Source: an uncultured Marinomonas sp.
Lineage (GTDB): Bacteria; Pseudomonadota; Gammaproteobacteria; Pseudomonadales; Marinomonadaceae
Length of the DNA stretch: 64,000 nt
NCBI GenBank assembly: GCA_938009755.1
Contig: CALLIL010000002.1
Location: forward strand, 6,420-70,419
Reading direction: 5' to 3'
Notes under the pieces: generated by a model
What the model was told of the DNA's origin: nothing
The model's database searches: none
The model's input: only the letters and a program-made list of their open reading frames with translations
Shown: piece after piece, positions 55,872 through 64,000 of the stretch
How positions within the stretch are numbered: position 1 is the first letter of the stretch
How the letters are laid out: each line of letters opens with the position of its first letter
Made by a program: the position numbers and the translations under genes

Positions 55872-58800
55872 GCCTTGTTAGCGAACGTTCCACGTCTGAA
55901 AAAGTGGCTACAGAAAAGCTCGACGCATTGTCGTTTCCATTGTTCGGTAAGCGCTTAATCGAAGCCAGCGCAGGCACAGGTAAAACCTACACCATTGCGA
56001 ATTTGTATTTGCGGTTATTGGTGCCAATTGGAGAAGAGGGCGATTTAGACAAAGCGCTTACGGTTGATCAAATCCTCGTGGTGACCTTTACAGAAGCCGC
56101 CACCGCAGAATTAAAATCTCGGATTCGTTCTCGAATTCGTGCCGCTCGCAAGGCGTTGTTGCTGATTAGCAGTGACAATGGTAAGAATAATAAAAGCCGT
56201 ATCGAAGACGCTTTTTTAGCGGATTGGATCGACCAAATGACGCCTGTACAACAAGCAGACGCGATTGAAAAGCTGCTCTACGCCGAGAAGCAAATGGACG
56301 AAGCGGCAGTGTTCACGATCCACGGTTTTTGTCAGCGCATGCTGAGTCAGAATGCTTTTGAAAGCCGCATGCTGTTTCAACAAACCATTGAAACCGACGA
56401 GCAAGCGCCTTTGTCATTGGCGGTAAAAGATGTGTGGCGCAGTGTGTTTTACCCAATGGATGATACTAAGGCGGCGTTGATTCAGCCGATTTGGTCGGGG
56501 CCTGCCGCCCTGCAAAAAGACTTATCGTTATTGAATAATCAGCCAGACGCAAAATTGGCGGTGCCAGATTACGATTGGGAAAATGCCTTAACTCGCGCTC
56601 AACACATCATGGCGCAAGTAAAAACGATGTGGCTTGCTCACTCTCAAGACATTATTGACGCCTTAGGGCGCAGTGGCATTAAACGTACTTTCTGGAAAAA
56701 AGACCCAACGAAAGACATTCAAGCGATGACACAATGGGCCAATTCGCCTCGTTTTGAATTAGACAAAAGCCTCGAAAAATTCGACACCAATGAACATGCT
56801 TCGCGCCTTAGTAAAAATGGTGAATTGCCTGCTCATGAATTCTTTGGCTTGGTGCAATCTCTACGGGAAAGTTTCCCAGATTCTGGACGATTAAAAGCCG
56901 TGCTGCTGGCGCAGTTATGGGCAAAAACACAAGAACGTATGACGCGCTGGAAACGCAGTACGCAATCTCTGACGTTTACCGATTTACTGACGTCTCTTGA
57001 TGTGGCGTTATCGAAGGACGAAGCAGGCAAGTTAGCGAAGCGCATACGACATCTTTATCCCGTTGCCATGATCGACGAGTTTCAAGACACGGACGCGGTG
57101 CAATATCGCATTTTCTCGACCATTTATCATTCAGCGGACACCAACCAAAATGTCCTTGGCTTGATTATGATTGGTGATCCGAAACAGGCGATTTACGCGT
57201 TTCGTGGTGCGGACATTTACACCTATTTGGCGGCCAAAAAACATGTTCATGGTGTGTACTCTTTGGCGACCAATTACCGATCGTCGGCGACCATGATTCA
57301 GTCGGTTAATGGTCTGTTTAGCACACAAGAAAATCCCTTTCGAGTGTCGGGCATTCCCTTTGTGGAAGTGCAAGATCGAGGCATAAAAGGTTGTTTTACT
57401 CGCCAAGGTGAGACGCAAGCGGCGTTGCAGTTTTTGTATCAACACAGTGACGAACCTGTTTCCACAAAAGATTATCGCACCTCAATGGCAGACTCTTGCG
57501 CCGCACATGTTCATGAGCTTTTACTAGAAGGAAAAGAGCGAGAAGGACAAGAGCCAGAAGGACAAAACGCAAGCGCCTTGATTGGCGAAGAAGGCGTGCG
57601 ACCAAAAGACATTGCACTCTTGGTGACCAATTTCAGCCAAGCCAATGCGTTAAAAGACGCTTTGCGCCAACGCGGCATTGCCAGTGTGTATTTGAGTGAT
57701 AAAGGCTCGGTGTTTGAAACCGTAGAAGCACGTGAATTGCTTATTGTATTAACGGCGATCTTGTCGAACGGGCAAGAGGTTAAGTTACGTTCAGCCTTGG
57801 CAACAGGGTTAGTGGAATGGACGTTAGAAGAGCTCGACACGCTCAATCATGACGATGTGGCTTATGAAAAGTGGGGGCAAGCTTTTCGCCATTATCTTGA
57901 GGTTTGGGACAAACAAGGCTTGTTGCCTATGTTACGGGAATTCATGCAAGACGTTTCCTTAGCGACCAATATGTTGAGTCATTTAGGTGGCGAACGACGT
58001 CTAACCGATTTCTTGCATCTCACTGAAAAGCTCCAGCAAAAATCCCTTGAACTGGACTCAAAAGAAGGCGTTTTACGTTACCTTAAATTGGCGATTCAGA
58101 ACCCAAATGGTAACAGTGACGAGCAGAAAATCCGTCTAGAAACCGACGCGGAATTGGTGCGTATTGTCACCATTCACAAGAGTAAAGGTCTGGAATATCC
58201 CATTGTGTATTTGCCGTTCGCCTTTATGCCGTATCGAGATCAAGGTACTTCTGCGCTGTATCACGACAATCAAGAGCAGTTGTGGATTGCCGTGGATCCA
58301 GACGAAGAACAAAGTGAGCAACACAAAGAAGAATTGTATGCCGCGGAAATACGCTTAGCTTATGTGGCGTTAACACGTTCGAAAGAAGCGTGTTTTATTG
58401 GCGCGATGGAAGTGGGTAAAAAATCCACCAAAACCCGTGGCGCGATGTGTGATGTGCATTTAAGCGGCGTTGGTGCGTTAGTCGCAGAAGGTGAGCCATT
58501 AGACGCGGGCGAATTGTATGCAAGCCTTGAGCGTTTTTGTGGACGTTATTCTGCTGAGCAAGTAAAACTGGTGGATTTACCCGATGAGCCAAAAACGTTA
58601 CCTCGATACGAAATGGCGCAAAGCAAACCGAGTTCACCAAGCGCCCGAACCTTTTCTGGTCGAGTAGAGCGAGATTGGTGGGTGGGAAGTTATTCGTCTT
58701 TGGTGGTGGAAGAAAAAGATCATCATGATGAAAGCGTGCCAGGGTTGGACGAAATGACCAAGGCGGCGGAGCCTTTGGTTGACGTCATGGAAAGCGTGGA

Positions 58801-59617
58801 AGAGTCGCCAGCGCAGACGCGTTTTACTTTCCCGAAAGGCGCCAATCCCGGGACTTTCTTGCATGACACATTAGAAGGAAAAGCCTTACATGATGTGCTG
58901 CCAGATCCGACGTTCAAAGATTTATTGAAAAACAATCATCACTCTTTAATGGCGGAGTTTTATGATCGCCAAGGCTTTGCTGAATGGCAAACGGTATTAG
59001 AAGACTGGTTGCCAGACATGATAAACACGGAACTCATGGACGGCATGAGTTTAGGGCAACTGCCTGCAAAAGCGTGTCGTAAAGAGTTGGAGTTTTTCAT
59101 TCCAGTCGGTGGCATGAATGCTTTGCAACTAGATCGAATTTCAAGGGAGCACGATGCGGTGTCACGTGTTGCGCCAGCGATTCAAGATCGACCATTGAAA
59201 GGCATGTTGAAAGGCTTCATTGATTTGTTGTTTGAATGGGAAGGCCGTTATTACGTATTGGATTACAAATCGAATTATTTGGGTGATTCCTTTGCGGATT
59301 ACGAGTCAGAAAACTTGATTCATGCCATGGCAGATCATCGATACGATTTGCAATATCAGCTTTATACCTTGGCTTTACATCGATTATTGAAACAACGTTT
59401 GCCAGAGTATGACTACGATAAGCACGTAGGCGGCGTGGCGTATTTGTTCTTACGAGGCATGGCGGTTGGGCAAAAAACAGGTATTTTCCAAACCCGTTTG
59501 AGCTTGGCTCATGTAAATGCATTGGATGCTTTGTTTACGGGCCAGCCAGATTCGAAACCGCAAAAATTGAAAGAAGAACAACAAAACGACGAGGCGGTGC
59601 AATATGGACTTTTCTAA
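55868..59617 (+). CDS. recB: Exodeoxyribonuclease V beta subunit
   Basis: IEASAGTGKT, IDEFQDTD, TIHKSKGLEY, GFIDL..LDYKSN. Confidence 0.97.
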   Translation: MSLVSERSTSEKVATEKLDALSFPLFGKRLIEASAGTGKTYTIANLYLRLLVPIGEEGDLDKALTVDQILVVTFTEAATAELKSRIRSRIRAARKALLLISSDNGKNNKSRIEDAFLADWIDQMTPVQQADAIEKLLYAEKQMDEAAVFTIHGFCQRMLSQNAFESRMLFQQTIETDEQAPLSLAVKDVWRSVFYPMDDTKAALIQPIWSGPAALQKDLSLLNNQPDAKLAVPDYDWENALTRAQHIMAQVKTMWLAHSQDIIDALGRSGIKRTFWKKDPTKDIQAMTQWANSPRFELDKSLEKFDTNEHASRLSKNGELPAHEFFGLVQSLRESFPDSGRLKAVLLAQLWAKTQERMTRWKRSTQSLTFTDLLTSLDVALSKDEAGKLAKRIRHLYPVAMIDEFQDTDAVQYRIFSTIYHSADTNQNVLGLIMIGDPKQAIYAFRGADIYTYLAAKKHVHGVYSLATNYRSSATMIQSVNGLFSTQENPFRVSGIPFVEVQDRGIKGCFTRQGETQAALQFLYQHSDEPVSTKDYRTSMADSCAAHVHELLLEGKEREGQEPEGQNASALIGEEGVRPKDIALLVTNFSQANALKDALRQRGIASVYLSDKGSVFETVEARELLIVLTAILSNGQEVKLRSALATGLVEWTLEELDTLNHDDVAYEKWGQAFRHYLEVWDKQGLLPMLREFMQDVSLATNMLSHLGGERRLTDFLHLTEKLQQKSLELDSKEGVLRYLKLAIQNPNGNSDEQKIRLETDAELVRIVTIHKSKGLEYPIVYLPFAFMPYRDQGTSALYHDNQEQLWIAVDPDEEQSEQHKEELYAAEIRLAYVALTRSKEACFIGAMEVGKKSTKTRGAMCDVHLSGVGALVAEGEPLDAGELYASLERFCGRYSAEQVKLVDLPDEPKTLPRYEMAQSKPSSPSARTFSGRVERDWWVGSYSSLVVEEKDHHDESVPGLDEMTKAAEPLVDVMESVEESPAQTRFTFPKGANPGTFLHDTLEGKALHDVLPDPTFKDLLKNNHHSLMAEFYDRQGFAEWQTVLEDWLPDMINTELMDGMSLGQLPAKACRKELEFFIPVGGMNALQLDRISREHDAVSRVAPAIQDRPLKGMLKGFIDLLFEWEGRYYVLDYKSNYLGDSFADYESENLIHAMADHRYDLQYQLYTLALHRLLKQRLPEYDYDKHVGGVAYLFLRGMAVGQKTGIFQTRLSLAHVNALDALFTGQPDSKPQKLKEEQQNDEAVQYGLF

Positions 59618-61583
59618 TCAATTAGACCTTCTCGGCACAATGGACGACAACGCAGTAAACACAGTCGGCGAACCGCTTCAAAATACTGTAATGACCTTGG
59701 CTGAGTTACAAGAACAAGGCGCATTGCGCGCCATAGATCGTCAATGGATTGAGCAATTAAGCCATCAAGCAAATGAAGACTCGTTCTCTGTATTGTTAGC
59801 GGGTGCCTTGTGTAGTGCGTATCTTGGTGCTGGGCATATTTGTATTGATCTTGCGGTATTGTGGAAGAAACCACCTGAAGGGATCGATCAACAAAGTCTT
59901 AATGATGCTTTGCTCGTTGTTGGCGTGACGAGTGTCGAGTCTTGGTGTGACGCGCTTGAATCCAGCGCTTTGGTGTCTCGCGTTATTGCACCAAATACCT
60001 CTGTTAGCGAGCGGCCATTGGTCTTGGTTGGAACGCGTTTGTACTTGTTCCGCTATTACCAATACGAGCAACAGGTTTTGGATTATCTACAAAGTCAGTT
60101 CAATGCCGTGCCGTTTGGTGTAGACGGAGAGTTACTTGGACAACTTTTTCCTGATTCGACTTCTAACAGTGAAGATTTTTCTACTGGAGAGAGACCAGTG
60201 GATTGGCAAAAAGTCGCTGTGGCGAATGCGGCAAGCTTGCCGTTTTCTGTCATCAGTGGTGGCCCAGGAACAGGGAAAACAACGACGGTGACTAAGTTGT
60301 TGGCTTTGTTGGTGGCGCAGTCTTTTTCGTCGAGTCAGGCGACAAACCATCTCCGTATTGAATTAGCAGCGCCAACAGGTAAAGCGGCAGCACGATTAAC
60401 AGAGTCTATTTCCAAAGCCAAAGCGAGTTTACCTTTGAGCGATGAGATCAAGAAGGCGATTCCAGAACAAGCCAGCACATTGCATCGATTGTTAGGGAGT
60501 GATTTTGGTCGCAGTCGCTTTAAACACAACAAAGAGAATCCGTTGCATTTGGATGTGTTATTGGTGGATGAAGTGTCCATGGTGGATTTACCCATGATGG
60601 CGAAACTGATCGACGCTTTACCGCCTCACGCTCGTCTTATTTTGTTGGGTGACAAAGATCAACTTGCCTCAGTGGAAGCGGGCAGTGTGTTGGGGGATTT
60701 ATCCTTTGGCATTGAAGACGTGTATTTCCAACCTGAATGGGCAGAACGTTTGGCCAATATAACAGGCGAAAATATAAGGCCGTTTGGTAATGCCTCTGCA
60801 CCAAAAATCAGCCAAGCGTTGATCTTGCTTCGTACCAGTTATCGTTTTGATGCAAACAGTGGTATTGGTCATTTGGCAAAAGCCATGAACGCAGGTGATG
60901 CGCAGGCTGTCTTGGCTTGCCTGCAAGCAGAACACAGCGATGTGCATTGGCAAATACCGGATGAAGGTCAAAAGAAAGCCGATATTCCCGCTTTGGCAAA
61001 AGGTTATGACGACTATTGGGAGGCTGTCAAAACAGGCAGTGATATTGCCAAATTGTATGACGTGTTTTCCCGTTATCAAATACTCACTGCTGTGCGTCAA
61101 GGCGAGTTTGGTGTGGAGAAAGTCAATGCGCAATTAGAGCAATATTTTTACCAAAGAGGGCGCATGAAAGACCCTCATGTTTGGTATCCTGGAAAAGCCG
61201 TTATGTTGACGCGAAATGACGCCGCATTGGGTTTATTTAACGGCGATATTGGACTTTGTATGCCAGACGAGTCGCAACGATTACGAGTTTGGTTCATGCA
61301 ACCTGATGGCTCGTTTACCGGTTTATTGCCAAGCCGACTCAGTGAATTTGAAGTGGTTTTCGCCATGACAGTGCATAAGTCCCAAGGCTCAGAATTCGAG
61401 CGGGTTGCCTTGCTATTGCCAACCACGCCATCGCCAGTGCTCACCAGAGAACTCCTCTATACAGGCATCACTCGCGCCAGAAAGAACTTCACCTTATGGG
61501 GCGGAAGCGGTTTGATTCGCACTGCAACACAAACGAGAATTGAAAGGTATTCTGGATTAATGGAAGCATTGTGGGGCCATTAG
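59604..61583 (+). CDS. recD: Exodeoxyribonuclease V alpha subunit
   Basis: SGGPGTGKTTTV, APTGKAAARL, MTVHKSQGSEF. Confidence 0.97.
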   Translation: MDFSNQLDLLGTMDDNAVNTVGEPLQNTVMTLAELQEQGALRAIDRQWIEQLSHQANEDSFSVLLAGALCSAYLGAGHICIDLAVLWKKPPEGIDQQSLNDALLVVGVTSVESWCDALESSALVSRVIAPNTSVSERPLVLVGTRLYLFRYYQYEQQVLDYLQSQFNAVPFGVDGELLGQLFPDSTSNSEDFSTGERPVDWQKVAVANAASLPFSVISGGPGTGKTTTVTKLLALLVAQSFSSSQATNHLRIELAAPTGKAAARLTESISKAKASLPLSDEIKKAIPEQASTLHRLLGSDFGRSRFKHNKENPLHLDVLLVDEVSMVDLPMMAKLIDALPPHARLILLGDKDQLASVEAGSVLGDLSFGIEDVYFQPEWAERLANITGENIRPFGNASAPKISQALILLRTSYRFDANSGIGHLAKAMNAGDAQAVLACLQAEHSDVHWQIPDEGQKKADIPALAKGYDDYWEAVKTGSDIAKLYDVFSRYQILTAVRQGEFGVEKVNAQLEQYFYQRGRMKDPHVWYPGKAVMLTRNDAALGLFNGDIGLCMPDESQRLRVWFMQPDGSFTGLLPSRLSEFEVVFAMTVHKSQGSEFERVALLLPTTPSPVLTRELLYTGITRARKNFTLWGGSGLIRTATQTRIERYSGLMEALWGH

Positions 61584-61758
61584 ATTTTTGTGTCAGTGAG
61601 ATCTCAAACGCACTCTCTTTACTTGATTTCGTCGCTTTCGGCTCCATTAACAAAGACAGTCTTTAAATTATTGTGTCAGATGATTCTTGCGCTTGTTGTT
61701 TTATGCTAGTGTAAGCGCAAATTTCGATACGATGTAATGTAGGAAAGAGTAATCAGCA

Positions 61759-62766
61759 ATGGCTAAAGAAATTGTTTTAACTGGTGTTACTACGACAGGT
61801 ACGCCGCATTTGGGTAATTATGTGGGCGCGATTCGCCCTGCAATTGAAGCAAGTCGTCAGGACAATACGGAGTCTTACTTCTTTTTAGCAGATTACCATG
61901 CTTTGATTAAATGCCAAGATCCTGAGCGCGTGAAGCAATCACGATTAGAGATCGCGGCGACTTGGCTAGCGTGTGGTTTAGATACTGATAAAGCAACGTT
62001 TTACCGTCAATCTGATATTCCTGAAATTGCCGAATTAAATTGGTTACTGACCTGTGTGACAGCGAAAGGCCTGATGAACCGTGCTCACGCTTACAAAGGC
62101 GCGGTGGATGAAAATGTGGCGAATCAGCAAGACCCTGATTTCGGTATTACTATGGGATTGTTCTGTTATCCTGTTTTGATGGCGGCGGATATTTTGGCGT
62201 TTAATGCGAACAAAGTGCCTGTTGGCCGTGACCAAATTCAGCACATTGAAATGGCCCGTGACATTGCAGGTCGTTTCAACCATTTATTCGGTGAGCATTT
62301 TGTTCTACCAGAAGCGGTAGTAGGTGAAGAAGGCTCTATTTTAAAAGGCTTAGACGGCCGCAAGATGAGTAAAAGCTACAACAATACAATTCCTTTGTTT
62401 GATACCGAGAAGAAACTTCAAAAAGGCATCAATAAGATTAAAACTAATTTATTGGAGCCTGGTGAAGCGAAAGATCCCGATGATTCTGTGGTATTTGATG
62501 TTTATAAATCTTTTGCAACACCAGAGCAGATCGCTGAAATGCGTCAAAAATTTACGGATGGCATTGCTTGGGGTGAAGCAAAGAAAGAACTTTTTGCCTT
62601 GGTTAATGGTCAATTAAGTGAGCCACGTGAAAAATATCTTGAGTTGATAGCAAACCCAGCTCATGTGGAAGAGGTTTTACAAGCGGGCGCTGAAAAAGCG
62701 AGAGCGCGTGCTCGTGCCCTGATTTCCGACTTACGCAATGCCGTTGGTTTGGTTAACTTTAAGTAG
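61759..62766 (+). CDS. trpS: Tryptophan--tRNA ligase
   Basis: [19 protein letters not shown]. Confidence 0.96.
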   Translation: MAKEIVLTGVTTTGTPHLGNYVGAIRPAIEASRQDNTESYFFLADYHALIKCQDPERVKQSRLEIAATWLACGLDTDKATFYRQSDIPEIAELNWLLTCVTAKGLMNRAHAYKGAVDENVANQQDPDFGITMGLFCYPVLMAADILAFNANKVPVGRDQIQHIEMARDIAGRFNHLFGEHFVLPEAVVGEEGSILKGLDGRKMSKSYNNTIPLFDTEKKLQKGINKIKTNLLEPGEAKDPDDSVVFDVYKSFATPEQIAEMRQKFTDGIAWGEAKKELFALVNGQLSEPREKYLELIANPAHVEEVLQAGAEKARARARALISDLRNAVGLVNFK

Positions 62767-62777
62767 AGGAATATTTT

Positions 62778-63641
62778 GTGAAAACAACTGTATTTGCAAT
62801 GTTTATGGCATGTGTGCTGGCGCTTGGTGCTGGTGGTTATAGTGCTGAAGTTCAAGCAAAGAAATTTGGTGGTGGTAAGAGTTTTGGTAAAAGCTTTTCG
62901 ATTTCTAAGTCAAAATCTGCAAGCAATACGACAACAGGTACAACGAATAAAACAACTGGTACTGGCACGACAGGTCGAAGCGGTTTATTCGGTGGCTTGG
63001 GTGGTGGTTTACTTGGTGGATTGTTAGCGGGTGGATTGTTTGCCGCATTATTAGGCAGCGGTGCATTCAGCGGTATTTCTTTTGGTGATATCTTGCTGTT
63101 CGCCTTAATTGGCTTTTTGGTTTATAAATTTTTCATCGAACCAAAGCGTCGTGCAGCGGCAGCTCAAGCAGGTGGAAATGGCATGTTCCGTGAGATGCCA
63201 GGTACGAACCAAACTTCAGGCGTTTCAGACTTTAACAAAGGTTTTGGTGGTGGATTCGGCGGGCAGCCAGACATTCAATTGCCAGCGGGTTTCAATGAGC
63301 AAGCGTTTGTAGAACAAGCTAAGAGTCATTATGTGGTACTGCAAAAAGCATGGGACGATAATAACTTTGATGAAATCTTAGATTATGTGAGCCCTGAATT
63401 GTACAACGCATTAGTAAAAGAACGTGCAAGCTATGGTGCTGATAAACCTCGTACAGAAGTCATTTCTTTGATGGTTGAAATTGTCCGTGGTGAGATGACA
63501 GGCACTTTGGCGTCTATTTCATTGCAGTTTTCTGGTTGGATTAAAGAAGGCGATGAAACCTCTGATACCAATGAAATCTGGCACTTAGAGAAAGATACAG
63601 CCGATGCCAAAGCTAACTGGATAATCGTTGGAATAGAGTAA
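62778..63641 (+). CDS. Tim44-like domain protein
   Basis: AKKFGGGKSFG, Gly-rich TM, LQKAWD, EIWH..W...GI. Confidence 0.88.
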   Translation: MKTTVFAMFMACVLALGAGGYSAEVQAKKFGGGKSFGKSFSISKSKSASNTTTGTTNKTTGTGTTGRSGLFGGLGGGLLGGLLAGGLFAALLGSGAFSGISFGDILLFALIGFLVYKFFIEPKRRAAAAQAGGNGMFREMPGTNQTSGVSDFNKGFGGGFGGQPDIQLPAGFNEQAFVEQAKSHYVVLQKAWDDNNFDEILDYVSPELYNALVKERASYGADKPRTEVISLMVEIVRGEMTGTLASISLQFSGWIKEGDETSDTNEIWHLEKDTADAKANWIIVGIE

Positions 63642-63764
63642 GGCAATTTATTTTTTACTCTATGTTATGTATTTGTAGACTCATCATACGGTTTTTGACT
63701 AGACAAAAAGCCGGATCAGATCTACATTATGATGATCAAATTAAATTAAAGACGGATATGAACG

Positions 63765-64000
63765 ATGTCTGAATTAGCACCAGTGAAAGAAAATGGACAA
63801 GCCTTAACAGAGTCACAAAAAGGCGAATTGTTACAATACCTGACGTTCAAGTTAATTGATGAAACGTACGGCATCAATGTTATGCGCATCAAAGAAGTGT
63901 TGCGCTACAGTGAAATTGCGCCTGTTCCAGGTGCGCCTGGTTATGTGCTAGGCATTGTTAACTTGCGTGGTAATGTTGTTACGGTTGTGGACACACGAGT
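63765..64000 (+). CDS. cheW: Chemotaxis protein CheW (partial)
   Basis: LTFKL..ETYGINVMRIKEVLRY.EIAPVPGAP.YVLGIVNLRGNVVTVVDTR. Confidence 0.93.
   Translation, partial: MSELAPVKENGQALTESQKGELLQYLTFKLIDETYGINVMRIKEVLRYSEIAPVPGAPGYVLGIVNLRGNVVTVVDTR

Noticed and set aside
52485-64000. Novelty in the recCBD-trpS-Tim44-cheW region and its short overlapping ORFs
   Set aside because: Ordinary housekeeping genes; short alternative-frame ORFs are shadows of long CDSs

Overview
Window from a marine gammaproteobacterium (Marinomonas-like gene order, inferred). It opens with pgsA and a tRNA-Gly/Cys/Leu operon. An apparently complete ~46.6-kb lambda-like cos siphoprophage (686-47283) is integrated at the 3' end of tRNA-Leu(TAA), bounded by a 49-bp direct repeat with one mismatch. 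Directly after it lies a decayed relic of a related prophage (int fragment, different cargo, xis fragment; ~47235-49530). Host genes follow: thioesterase, tRNA-Leu(CAA), EAL/HDOD protein, tRNA-Ala, recCBD, trpS, Tim44-like protein, cheW. Best leads: (1) an Aca2-family regulator flanked by two unknown genes, each behind its own copy of a 63-bp promoter/palindromic operator/5'-UTR hairpin cassette, i.e. candidate new anti-CRISPR or anti-defence genes; (2) a three-gene module next to attR (tandem-HTH protein, alpha/beta hydrolase, orphan) that may be a small-molecule signalling or sensing unit; (3) a tandem-HTH repressor lacking a peptidase domain, with a LexA box and an unannotated 38-aa ORF as candidate antirepressor, plus a C4-type antisense RNA switch. 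All protein assignments come from motif recognition by eye; no searches were run.
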